Part shown: positions 10,862-21,070 of the stretch, one piece after another
Layout of the letters: the number at the start of each line of letters is the position of its first letter
How positions within the stretch are numbered: the first letter of the stretch is position 1
Assembly (NCBI GenBank): GCA_963842525.1
Contig: CAWJGT010000009.1
Span: 352,001 to 416,000 of the forward strand
Direction: 5' to 3'
Length of the DNA stretch: 64,000 bases
DNA from: an uncultured Holophagales bacterium
GTDB lineage: Bacteria > Acidobacteriota > Thermoanaerobaculia > Multivoradales > UBA5704
Translations under genes and position numbers: made by a program
The notes under the pieces: generated by a model
Told to the model about the DNA's origin: nothing
The model's database searches: none
The model's input: only the letters and a program-made list of their open reading frames with translations

Positions 10862-10889
10862 GCCTCCGCTCCGGGCCCGGGGCGGAGGC
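10862..10889. terminator. GC-rich hairpin between convergent genes
   Basis: GCCTCCGCTCCGG-gc-CCGGGGCGGAGGC inverted repeat. Confidence 0.5.
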
Positions 10890-10899
10890 CGCCGCTCAC

Positions 10900-13657
10900 T
10901 CAGTTACCTCCAATCCCCTGCGCCAGGAGAGAGGCGGCATCCTCGAGGAGGATCTGCGCCGCCAGCGGGCTCACATGCTTCGGGCTCTGAGCCCGGACCT
11001 CGGCGACGAAGGCTCGCAGGATATTCCGGCTCGTCTCGGTCCGGCCCTGCTGCGCCGCCTTGGCTGCGGCCTCGACCTTTGCGATGAGCGACCGCGCGGT
11101 CCCCCCGGACCGGATCAGACCCTGCGCCTGCGCGTTCCGGACGTCCTCCAGCAGGCTCGCGAACGTGGCCGTCCGCACGAGGCGCGAGACGGCCCCCGGA
11201 GCCGTGCGGAGCCCGAGGTCGAAGGTCGAGAGCGAGCCCTCGCCGGCGATCCCGGGCAGCGAGAGCGGCGGCTGCGCGTCGCCGTTCTGGTCGAACGCGC
11301 GGATCGTCAGCGTGTACGGTCCCGGCCGCGATCCCGCGAGCCGGATGCGGTAGTCCCCCTCCATCGGCTGGAAGATCGACACCGAATGGGCGAGCCCGAA
11401 CGGCCGGTCTCCCGACTCCTCATCTTCCACTCCGTCCAGCTCGTGCGAGGAGGACGGGATCTCCTGCAGCGGCTCCCCGCCGTCCGAGTCCTCTCCGGTC
11501 CTCCGGCCGAGGACGTCGGTCACCAGGAGCCCCACCCGGTCCTGCACAGAGACGTTCAGCTCGCTGATGTCGTCCGGCGGGTCCACCACCGCGCCCACGG
11601 TCTCGTACTCCGGCTGCCCGAGGGCGTTGCGGTACTCGTCGAGCGTCTTGCGCGGGACTGCCCGCGGGTAGGGGTCGGTGACCAGGAAGCTCACGCTGCC
11701 GCCGGAGCTGACTTGCCGGCCGGTGACCAGGACGTAATGGCCCAGGGCGCCTGAGCTGTTGGGCACCTTGACGATCACCGGATACGGCGTGGGCCCGCAG
11801 AGCGCATCCTCCAGGACCTTCTCCGCGCCTGCCGGATCGCGCAGCGAATTCCTGCTGCCGCCGAGGCTCGAGAGCTTGAAGAGCCGCAGGCCGGGATCGG
11901 TCTGGGCCCGCGAGAGGTCCCGCGTGGTATTGGCGAAATGGACCCCATGGGTCGCGGGATCGAAATCCCCCGGGTGGGTCTTCATGAACTGATTGAGCGC
12001 GCTCGGATCGATGGGGATGCCCGCGAAGGTGAGGGCCATGGCCAGCGAGGTCAGCGCGCAGCCGAGGTCGCCGATCGTGCACTCGTGGGAATCGGCCGCG
12101 GTGCAGGCCGTCGCCGGGCAGTGGTCGTAGTGCTCGCAGCTCCAGCGCGGATCCCGCTGCGACAGAGGCTGGACGTCCACCGAGCAGCCGTCGCCCAGGC
12201 CGGCGGCGTAGAGCTCGGGTATCCCCCGCGTATCCTGATCGGCAAGGTAGACCACGTGCCGGCCGTCGCCGGTGAGGGCATACCGCTGGATGCGGCCTCC
12301 AGCGACAAGCGGGCCGTTGAGGCGGGCGGGCGTCCCGCCGAGTACTGATACCTGGAAGAGCTCTGGCACGGAGGGGGTAGCATTCGCCGCCAGGTAGACG
12401 GCGGTTCTGCCGTCGGGCGTGAGTTGGAATTCGCGCACAATGTCGAAGCCGGCGAGCGGATGGCTGATCCGTATCGCGGTGCCCCTGGCGATCGGCACGC
12501 TGAAGAGGTCCTGATCGACATAGACCACCCGAGAGCTGTCGGCGGTGACGGACACGCGGCTCGGCCCCTCGCTGACAGGGGGGCCGCTCAACAGAACGGA
12601 GGGCCCTCCGGCGATGGGTATGTTGTAGAGCTCTTTGCGGGGATCGGAATCCCGGTTGGCCAGGTAGAGCACGGACGAGGAATCGGGGCTGATGAGGAAT
12701 GTGGTGAGCTGTGGCCCCTCCGCCAGCAGAATGGGCGGGCCGCCGGCCAGCGGAACGCTGTAGAGATGCTCGCTGTTGAGCACGAGCCACGCGCCGTCAG
12801 GGCTGATGGGGAGGATGGGAGCCCAGACCTGACCCAGGGGGAGCGCGGTCCCGCCCTGGACCGGCACGATGAAGGCATCGATGAAGCTGGCGATGTAGAC
12901 CACGCGGCCGCCGTCCGGCGTAAAGGTGAAACCTTGCAGGCTGCTGTCTCCGGGGTGGAGCACCACCGGCGGGCCGCCGGTCACCGGCACGCTGTAGAGG
13001 GCCTGGTGGGGAGAGATCCGGCCATCGTAGAGGATGTGACGGCCGTCGGCACCGAGGTGCAGATTGAACCAGCCGCCGCCGACGAACACCGGTCCGCTCA
13101 GGGCGAGGACGGTGCCGCCGCCCAGGAGCGGCTCGCTGAAGATCTCGCGGACCTTGCCGAAGTTGGGTCCGGTGATTCGCTCATAGACCACATGCGCGCT
13201 GTCCGCGGTGATCGCAAGGCTCGTGACGCCTCCGCCCGGCGGACCCTGGAGCTTCGACGGAGTCTCCTCCTTCCAGCGCGACTCGGAACACGCCGGTGCC
13301 GCCGCCCACCTTGGGAGCGACATGGACGACCCAGCGGCTGTCCGGGCTGATGGTGAAGATCGAGACGCCGCCGCCCGCGGGCAGCGGCCCGTTGAGCTTC
13401 ACGGGCTCACCGCCGTCCGGCGGTACGCTGAACAGCTCGGGGCTGCCCGCCGTCTCCTGGTCGGCTGCGTAGACGACCCGCCGGCCGTCCGGGCTCATCT
13501 GGAAGCCGAACGATACGCGACCCCCTGGAGGCAGCGGCCCGTTGAGCTTGCGCGGCGAGCTTGCGGCGGCTGCCCAGGCTGCAGGGCAGCAAGCGAGAAC
13601 GACGAGGCAGAAGGCGATTGCGGTCAGGGCTGAAAACGAGAAGCGGTGAGTATGCAT
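10900..13657 (-). CDS. Secreted beta-propeller repeat protein with C39-like cysteine peptidase and C-terminal FIMAH-like domain (frameshift near 13255)
   Basis: Signal peptide, repeated SPDGRxVVY..ELFSVP..GG blades, Q-x-D-P-R-W...GCALTS...GHYVLV...DP triad, and a helical tail LIAKVEAA...LRAFVAEVRAQ. Confidence 0.75.
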
Positions 13658-13729
13658 GGTCTCCCTCGGACATCCGGCGAGAAAGGCTCGGGGTCCGGCG
13701 GGACACAGACACACTCTGCGGCGCTTTGT

Positions 13730-13927
13730 TCAGACGGGCTTGTCGTCTTCGGCCCGCTCCCCACCGCCGCGCAGCTTCCGCGGCGCCCGGCCCTCCTGGC
13801 GCAGGGCGCGCACGAGGAGGAACTCGATCTGCGCGTTGACGCTGCGCAGGTCGTCGCCGGCCCAGACCCGGAGGGCCTCGTAGACCTCCGGGTCCAGCCG
13901 CAGCGGGTAATTCTTCCGGTCGGCCAA
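13730..13927 (-). CDS. Small Arc/ribbon-helix-helix DNA-binding protein
   Basis: YPLRLDPEVYEAL..WA..DLRSVNAQIEFLL; lies immediately after the SPFH gene. Confidence 0.8.
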   Translation of the reverse strand: MADRKNYPLRLDPEVYEALRVWAGDDLRSVNAQIEFLLVRALRQEGRAPRKLRGGGERAEDDKPV

Positions 13928-13934
13928 GCGTCCC

Positions 13935-14806
13935 TCAGTGATACAGGCTGCCCGCGTTGATCACCGGCTGCGGGTGACGGTCGCCGCAGAGCACCACCAG
14001 GAGGTTGCTGACCATGGCCGCCTTGCGTTCGCCGTCGAGCTCGACGACCCCTCTTTCAGCCAGCATCTCGAGCGCGTGCTCGACCATGCCGACCGCGCCC
14101 TCGACGATCTTGAAGCGGGCGGCCACCACGGCGCTCGCCTGCTGGCGCTGGAGCATCGCCGCCGCGATCTCGGGCGAGTAGGCGAGGTGGCTGATGCGGG
14201 CTTCGAGGACGTCGACGCCCGCCTGCTCCAGCCGGTCCTGGATCTCGCCGCGGAGCTGCCCCGAGATCTCGGCCGTGTGGCTCGACAGCGACATTTCACC
14301 CTCCGTCTCGGGCACATAGGCGTAGTGCGTGGCCAGGTTGCGCAGGGCCGCCTCGCTCTGCACGTGGACGAAGTTGATGTAGTCGTCCACGTTGAACAGC
14401 GCCTCGGCGGTGTCCACCACCTTCCACACCACCACGGTCGCGATCTCGATCGGGTTGGCGCTCCGGTCGTTGACCTTGAGCTTGCCCGTCTCGAAGTTGC
14501 GCGTGCGGACCGAGACCTTCCTCTTGCTGTAGAAGGGGTTGGCCCACCGCAGGCCGGCCTTGTGGGCGGTGCCCACGTACTCGCCGAAGAGCTGCAGCAC
14601 CTTGCTCTCGTTCGGATTGACCAGGAACAGCCCGCACAGGCCGAAGATCGTGGCGATCATCAACACGATGCTGCCGCCGACGCCCCAGCCGCTGCCCGCC
14701 CGGATCGCCAGGACGAGGCAGAGAATCGATAACAGGAACAGGACGAGGAACACCAACAACCAGGGGATGCCTGAGCTGCCGTTGGACTCCTTCTCGCGGA
14801 TCATGG
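13935..14806 (-). CDS. SPFH/band 7 domain membrane protein
   Basis: Two N-terminal TM helices, then KLKVND..NPIEI, QSEAALR and [17 protein letters not shown]. Confidence 0.9.
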
Positions 14807-15027
14807 TTCGGTTTCTCCCTTCGGTCGATACCAGAGTGATATCACTCTGATCTCGTCTACGCAAGAGGGGGCAGGAAGTTGCGTGACGCCGGGTCAGGGC
14901 GCGGCGCCCCTTCCTGGAGTGTGTCTCTGAAGTCTCCGTGAGAGGGCATCCGTCCTGGAAGCCCGGCGACCGGGACCCGCCGTTCCCAGCGACCGGGACC
15001 GCGAGCCGCGCCGGCTCCAGCGAGGCC

Positions 15028-15336
15028 GCTCCGCAAAACCAGTGTCAGCTCGCACTGGGCCAGCGTCCCGGGACACTGGCCCAGCGTACGCTCCGCAACG
15101 CCAGCGTGAGCTCACACTGGAGCAATGTCCCGGGACACTGGCCCAGCGTGTGCTCCGCAAAGCCAGCGTGAGCTACACTGGCGCAGTGTCCCGAGACGCT
15201 GGCCCAGCGTGCGCTCCGCAACGCCAGCGTGGCTCACACTGGAGCAATGTCCCGGGACACTGGCCCAGCGTGTGCTCCGCAAAGCCAGCGTGAGCTCACA
15301 TTAGAGCAGTGTCTCGGGGCGCTGGCCCATCCGTAC
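15028..15336. repeat. Tandem array of about five 61-62 bp units built from ~21-bp palindromic subunits
   Basis: Unit GCTCCGCAA(A/C)GCCAGCGTGAGCTCACACTGGAGCAATGTCCCGGGACACTGGCCCAGCGT starts at about 15028, 15090, 15152, 15213 and 15274. Confidence 0.9.
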
Positions 15337-15367
15337 GGGCGGCAGCGAGCGGCTTCAATGCAGGAGA

Positions 15368-16057
15368 TCAGTGCCGGTCTTCCAGGACGTAGCGCCAGTT
15401 GCCACCATGCGTCCGAAGGCGGAGCAGCCGGAACCGGCCGCCGAGCACTGACGAAGGCGTCCAACCGTCAGCGTCCGGCGGGACGGCGGCGTAGGCGTCG
15501 CCGCGGAGGGTGAAGATCTCGAACCTCAAATCCCCGCGAGCATCGACGAGCCAGTGCTCGGGGATCTCGGCCCTGGCATAGCGAGGAGGAAGGAGCACGG
15601 TGTCCTTCCGCACCGAGCTGTTGCTCACGACCTCGACGACCAGGTCGGGCGAGCCGTCCACGGTCGGAACGAGGTCGGGGCTCCGCTGCGCGGGGAGGAA
15701 TCGTGCCCGCCCGCTGTCGAAGGTATCCCAGAGGGCGACCAGGATGTCCGGCTCGGCCGACAGGCCAGCGTGGGCATTGGTGAGCCGGGTTCGATCGCTG
15801 TAGACCTCCCCGCGGTCCTGCTCCGAAACCACGATCTGCAGAGTCTTCGAGACCGCCACCTTGACGATCGAATGGCTCCGCGGCTCCTCCGGGCTCATGT
15901 CCACCTCCACCTCGCCTGCCAGGAAATCGATGCGCCCGGATTCGGGAAAGTCGTCGGACTCCATCCAGCGCTGGAAACCCTCGAAGGTGAGGGCGCCCAT
16001 CGGGACATGGACCCGCTCCTCGTCGTGGTCGTAAGCGGGGGCGTATGCATGTGCCAT
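15368..16057 (-). CDS. Uma2 family putative restriction endonuclease, copy 1
   Basis: EPD, PDLVVEVVSNSSVRKD, YARAEIPEHWLVD. Confidence 0.9.
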   Translation of the reverse strand: MAHAYAPAYDHDEERVHVPMGALTFEGFQRWMESDDFPESGRIDFLAGEVEVDMSPEEPRSHSIVKVAVSKTLQIVVSEQDRGEVYSDRTRLTNAHAGLSAEPDILVALWDTFDSGRARFLPAQRSPDLVPTVDGSPDLVVEVVSNSSVRKDTVLLPPRYARAEIPEHWLVDARGDLRFEIFTLRGDAYAAVPPDADGWTPSSVLGGRFRLLRLRTHGGNWRYVLEDRH

Positions 16058-16076
16058 GGTCAAATCCTACCGCTTC

Positions 16077-16781
16077 CTACCGCTGGTCGAGGTCCCGGTG
16101 CTCCAGGACATAGCGCCAGCTACCGTGAGGCGTGCGGTGCCGGACCAGCCGGAATCGCAGTCCGAGCCGAGGCGACGGCGTCCAGCCATCCGGGTCGGGA
16201 GGTACAGCGACGTACTCACCCTCCTGCAGGGTGAGGATCTGGAAGTGGTGCAACCCGACCCGGGCGTCCGCGAGCCAGTACTCGGGAATGCCGGCTCGGG
16301 CATAGAGGCGGCGGAGAACCTCGGTGTCCTTGCGGACTGAGCTGAAGCTCATCACCTCGACGACCAGGTCGGGCGAGCCTTCAAGAGCTGGTGTGAGGTC
16401 CGGATTGCTGCTTCCAGGGACATAGCGGACCCGGCCTCGCTCGAAGGTCTCGGAAAAGACAACCATGACGTCCGGCTCCGTCGACAGCCCGGCCTGAGGA
16501 TGGATGAGCCGTGTGCTGTCGCTATACACCTCTCCGAGATTCGCGTGCGACACCACAATCTGCAGACCTGTCGAAATCGCAACCTTGACAACGGAATGGC
16601 TCTTCGCATCCTCCGGGCTCAAATCCACCTCCACCTTGCCTGCCAGGAAATCGATCCGCCCGGATTCGGGGAACTCGTCGGACTCCATCCAGCGCTGGAA
16701 ACCCTCGAAGGTGAAGGCGTCCATCGGGACATGGACCCGCTCCTCGTCGTGGTCGTAAGCGGGGGCGTATGCGTGTGCCAT
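16077..16781 (-). CDS. Uma2 family putative restriction endonuclease, copy 2
   Basis: EPD, PDLVVEVMSFSSVRKD, YARAGIPEYWLAD; N-terminus near-identical to copy 1. Confidence 0.9.
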   Translation of the reverse strand: MAHAYAPAYDHDEERVHVPMDAFTFEGFQRWMESDEFPESGRIDFLAGKVEVDLSPEDAKSHSVVKVAISTGLQIVVSHANLGEVYSDSTRLIHPQAGLSTEPDVMVVFSETFERGRVRYVPGSSNPDLTPALEGSPDLVVEVMSFSSVRKDTEVLRRLYARAGIPEYWLADARVGLHHFQILTLQEGEYVAVPPDPDGWTPSPRLGLRFRLVRHRTPHGSWRYVLEHRDLDQR

Positions 16782-16909
16782 GGTTAAATCCTACCGCCGG
16801 CCGGCTCGGGAGCGTTACCCGATCCGCGCGTCGCTTCTGTCATCCTGCGGCAGTACGTCCTTGCGTGTCAAGAGCGCGGAAGCCCGCTCCTCGCTACCGC
16901 CAGATTGCG

Positions 16910-17338
16910 TTAAGCCGGGTCCCGTAACCCGAAGACTTCGAGGATCCGCCGGCTGAAGGCTCGCAGGTCTCCGAGGTGATGCTGAACGATCGCTTCCACG
17001 ATAGCGGGATCGACGGTCTCATACTCGTGGACTGCGATGTTGCGGAAGCCCACCATCTTTCGCAGATGGACCGCGAGCGCGGGATCGACGATGCCTCTCT
17101 TCTCAAGGAGAGTGAAGACCGCCGCCTGCGAGTCGGGAGGTCCATAGTCCTCCGCCGTCACGACGTGGTTCGCCAGATCGATCGCGGCCTGAATGGCCTT
17201 TTGTAGATTGTGGAGGGTGATGTCCTCGACGTCGGCAGGCAGGAGCTCGGCTCGCCGGGCGCCATGAACTTCAGTGATGCGGTCCAGGCAATGCTCGATG
17301 ACCGCGATCTTCCCCGTTACGACCTCACGGTCGACCAC
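16910..17338 (-). CDS. hepT: HepT/DUF86 HEPN ribonuclease toxin (type VII TA)
   Basis: RX4H motif in GFRNIAVHEY; overlaps the upstream MNT gene. Confidence 0.88.
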   Translation of the reverse strand: MVDREVVTGKIAVIEHCLDRITEVHGARRAELLPADVEDITLHNLQKAIQAAIDLANHVVTAEDYGPPDSQAAVFTLLEKRGIVDPALAVHLRKMVGFRNIAVHEYETVDPAIVEAIVQHHLGDLRAFSRRILEVFGLRDPA

Positions 17339-17732
17339 CGGCCACCCTTTCAAGGAGCCTCTTCTCGGAGCCACGGCGCAGGATCTTCAGGTCCTCGTAG
17401 AGGCTCCGGGTACGGACGACGAACGCGATCCGCCGCCTGGGGTCGCGGTCGAGCAGGAGGCGGCCATGCTTCAAGACCTGCATGGCGAGGATCGGCGAGG
17501 CCCGGTCGAGGTCCACCAGATCCACCTCCCGGCCGAGGATCTCCTCCAGATCACCCCGCGCGCCGAGGACAGCCAGAGGCTGCGGACGCGTTCGGAAAAG
17601 CGCGGCGAGATCGATGTCCGAGTCCGGACGTGCTCTCCCGTGGGCCTCCGAGCCGAAGACCCAGAGGGTGTCCAACCCGAAATGTTCTTCCAGGAAGTCC
17701 TCTGCCTGCTGGAGCTTGGCGCTCGCGATCAT
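17325..17732 (-). CDS. mntA: MntA minimal nucleotidyltransferase antitoxin
   Basis: FGSEAHGRARPDSDIDLA (GSX10DXD) and EVDLVDL. Confidence 0.88.
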   Translation of the reverse strand: MIASAKLQQAEDFLEEHFGLDTLWVFGSEAHGRARPDSDIDLAALFRTRPQPLAVLGARGDLEEILGREVDLVDLDRASPILAMQVLKHGRLLLDRDPRRRIAFVVRTRSLYEDLKILRRGSEKRLLERVAGGRP

Positions 17733-17883
17733 GTCTGCATGCTAGCAGAAGCGTGCCCGGCAGCTTGGGGTGCATAGCCGGCTGAGCAGCTAGTTCTGTA
17801 GCTCATTCTTTCGGAAACCGACCGGTCCTGGCCCTTCGATTCCCTCTCAGGCCCACCTTCCCGCGTAGCTTCCGCATTCGTTC

Positions 17884-17912
17884 TTGACGTACCGTTTCTT
17901 CTGCACTACGCT
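17884..17912 (+). promoter_or_regulatory. sigma70-type promoter, probably leaderless
   Basis: TTGACG - 17 nt - TACGCT, with ATG 17920 seven nt downstream. Confidence 0.65.
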
Positions 17913-17919
17913 GTCGTAC

Positions 17920-18207
17920 ATGCCGAAGACGGAGGTATATAGCTGGCGCCTGTCTCACCACCTGAAGTCCGAGCTCGAGGAGGCGGCGAGGGCCGAGGAG
18001 AAGAGCCTGGCAGAGCTTCTCGAGGAGATCGCCCGAAACTGGCTCGAGCGTGCGCGGACTCTGGGCGGAAACGAGGAGGAGCGCCAAGAGCGCCTGCGAG
18101 CTGCCGGGGCGAAGTTTGTGGGGTCGATCCAGGGCGACGACCCCGGGCTTGCCGAAAACGCCCGATCCGAAGTCCGCGCCCGGATCGCGCGCCGCCATGG
18201 CCGGTGA
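17920..18207 (+). CDS. RHH/CopG-like antitoxin
   Basis: YSWRLSHHLKSELEEAARAEEKSLAELL; overlaps the PIN gene. Confidence 0.75.
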   Translation: MPKTEVYSWRLSHHLKSELEEAARAEEKSLAELLEEIARNWLERARTLGGNEEERQERLRAAGAKFVGSIQGDDPGLAENARSEVRARIARRHGR

Positions 18208-18625
18208 CCTGCGGCCTCGCGGCCTTATCGATACCGGCGCCATCCTGGCCCTGTTGCATGGCAACGACCGTTGGCACCGGCGTTGTGCCGAAGCCTATGC
18301 AACCCTCTCTTTGCCGCTGGCCACCTCCGCGGCAGTCCTTGCCGAGCTCTTCCACCTTCTGGATCACCCGAGGAAGGCATCTGCCGCCTGGGGGTTCCTC
18401 CGTTCGAGCGCGGTGACAGTGCTTCCAATCGGAGATGACGATCTGCCCGGCCTCGAAGAGTTGATGCACCAGTACAGCGATCGGCCGATGGACTTTGCGG
18501 ATGCCACCCTGGTCCACCTTGCGAGGAGGGAAGGTTTGACGACGATCTTCACGGTGGACAACGACGATTTCGAAACCTACCGTATCGAAGGTAAGCGCCG
18601 TTTCCGCATCGTGCCGGGCCGGTAG
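18197..18625 (+). CDS. vapC: PIN-domain (VapC-like) toxin
   Basis: IDTG, VLAE, MDFADA and FTVDNDDF acidic motifs. Confidence 0.88.
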   Translation: MAGDLRPRGLIDTGAILALLHGNDRWHRRCAEAYATLSLPLATSAAVLAELFHLLDHPRKASAAWGFLRSSAVTVLPIGDDDLPGLEELMHQYSDRPMDFADATLVHLARREGLTTIFTVDNDDFETYRIEGKRRFRIVPGR

Positions 18626-18639
18626 GAGCTGCCGGCCTC

Positions 18640-21070
18640 TCAATCCCACTTCCGCAGGCTCAGTACGCGGAAGAACTCCTCCGCCACCTCGGCCGGCTCG
18701 CCCACCAGCGCTCCCGCCCCTTCCTCCGGCAGCCAGTCGGGTGGGAGGTGATGGCGGTAGGGGGCATGGAGGAAGCGCTGGTCGAAGAGGGCGATGACTC
18801 CGGTGTCCTGCGGGGAGCGGATGAGGCGGCCGGCGGCCTGGACGACTCTCGTCATGCCGGGGACCACGAAGGCGTATTCGAAGCCGCGGTTGAAGCGCTC
18901 CTCGTAGTAGCGCTTGAGGAGCTCCTGCTCCAGGGTCAGCGCGGGCAGGCAGGGGCCGACGACCGCCACGGCCTTCAGGACCTCGCCGGGATAGTCCACC
19001 CCTTCGGCGAAGACGCCTCCGGCGACAGCGACCAGGAGGATGTCGCCGAAGACGGCCGAGCGGAGGGACACTGGAGGATCAGCTCGCGCTCCTTGTCGCT
19101 GTCCGCCTGCTTCTGGACCAGGACCCTCTTGTTGCGCAGGCGCAGGCGGCCGGTCACCTCGGAGAGGAAGCCGTAGCTCGGGAAGAGCGCCAGGCAGTTG
19201 CCCGGCACGGCGTCGGCGAAGGCGGCGAGGCGCTCGGCGATGCGGTCGTAGTTGGACGGCCGCTGCCTCCAGGTGGTCTCGACCGTCGGATCGATCACCA
19301 CCCGGCGGTTCTCCGGCGGGAAGGGGTTCGGGATCTCGACGAAGGCGGTGCGGCCGGCCTCGAAGCCCAGGAGGCCGGTGTAGAACTCCGGCGGCGAGAG
19401 GGTCGCCGACAAGCCGACCGCCGCGTGGGTGCGCTTCAGGATGTCGCCCAGGAAGCGGCTCGGGTCCTTGCAGAGGATCTTGAGACGCGCGTCCCCCCGC
19501 CGCAGCTCGGCGCAATGGCTGAAGGCGCGCGTCCGACACCGCGAGGCCGTTCAGGAAGCGCAGGAAATTGAAATAAAGATTGACGAAGGGGTCGTCCGGC
19601 CGGAAGGTATGGGTCTCACGCTGGTATTCCAGGTAGTCGACGAACACGGCGTCGAGCTCGGGGCGGAGGCGCCAGAAGTGGTCTTCCTGGATCGGATACT
19701 CGACGGCCCGGTCGTTGCCGGGGCCCTCCTCCATGGCGTCCTCGACGGCGTTTTCGATGAGCTGCGCCAGGGTGAGGCAGAGGGCCTGGATGCGGAAGTA
19801 GATCGGGGCGCCGCCGTGGCGCGCCGCCTCGGCGGCCCGGCGGGCGTCGGCCGCCGAAAGCTCCGGGCTGTAGTAGCCGCGCCCGCGGTCCACCAGGTTG
19901 TGCACCTCGTCGACGATGAGGATGGTGTCCGACAGGTCCTGGTCCGGCCCGAAGGCAGTGAGCGAGACGTAGGGGTCGAAGGCGTAGTTGTAATCGCAGA
20001 TCGTGACCTGGACCCGGTTGGAAAGCTCCAGGCTCGACCTCGAAGGGGCAGACCTCGGAGGCCTTGGCCGCGGCGAAGACGTCGTCCGGCGCGATGGACC
20101 GGAACGACTCCCAGAGGCGGGGGAGGATGCCCGAGGTGACGAGCTTCAAGCCGTAATCCTTGGCGTAGCGGCAGTACTCCTCGTGGCAGAGGATCTGGTC
20201 GTTGGCGCACATCTTGGACTTGGCCCGCAGGCGCAGCGACCGGAAGGCCCCCTGCTGGTTGAGCAGGTCGAGCACCGCCGTGGCCATCTCCTGCTGGGTG
20301 GTCTTGGCGGTGAGGACGAAGAGCCGCTTGTCGTGGGCGAGGGCGTACTTCAAGGCCGGGTAGAGCGCCGCCACGGTCTTGCCGATGCCGGTGGTCGCCT
20401 GGAGCAGCAGGTGCTCGCGGTTGGCCACCGCGGTCTCGACCGCGGCAAGGATCAGGTCCTGCCCGGGACGGACCTCGCCGTAGGGGAAGACGAGGCGCTC
20501 GGCCGCCTCCTGCCGCTCGCGCCGCCGCTGGCGCTCGGACTCCCAGGCGTGGAGCAGCCCGTTCAGCCGCCGGTGGACGGAGACCTCCAGCAGGTGGAGG
20601 TCGATCGCCAGCTCCTCGCGCTCGACGTCGTCGCTGCCGATGGCAATCAGCACCAGCTCGGCGCGGACCGGGGCTTTCTCGGCGCGGCCGAGCATCCAGG
20701 CATAGAGGATGGCCTGGCGCTGGTACATCTCGCGGACCGGCGGCGGCAGGGCGCCGCCGCGGCGGACCGATTTGATCTCTTCGACGACCAGGGCGCCGTC
20801 GGGCTCCCTGCGCAGCCCGTCGATCCGGCCGTGGACGGTGACGGTCCAGCCCCGGTGCTCGAAGGTATGGCGGACCACGACCTCGCGGCGGTAGGTCGGG
20901 TCCTTTTCGAGGGCCTGCTCCTGGTAGCGGCCGTGGATTGCTTGGCCGAGCCACAGCCGCTCGTAGCCGCCGCGGTTGGCGAACCCCAGGCTACGCGTCA
21001 TCGGCGCATCCAGAAGGTCGGCAACCGACACGTCCAGGGTGAGGGTCTCGGGGTCGAAACGCGGCGCCAT
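18640..21070 (-). CDS. Fe-S DinG/XPD-family helicase with N-terminal Cas4-like PD-(D/E)xK nuclease (three frameshifts near 20030, 19530, 19070)
   Basis: GQAIH..GRIDG..EEIKS nuclease motifs, Walker A ATTGIGKT, Cys cluster KMC..C..C..CPFE, DEVH, SATL, and QAAGRLIRS. Confidence 0.88.

Noticed and set aside
15028-15336. Possible CRISPR array
   Set aside because: Whole units repeat with no unique spacers, and there are no cas genes.
18640-21070. Type IV CRISPR-associated DinG/Cas4
   Set aside because: No csf/cas genes or array nearby; it fits a stand-alone nuclease-helicase fusion.
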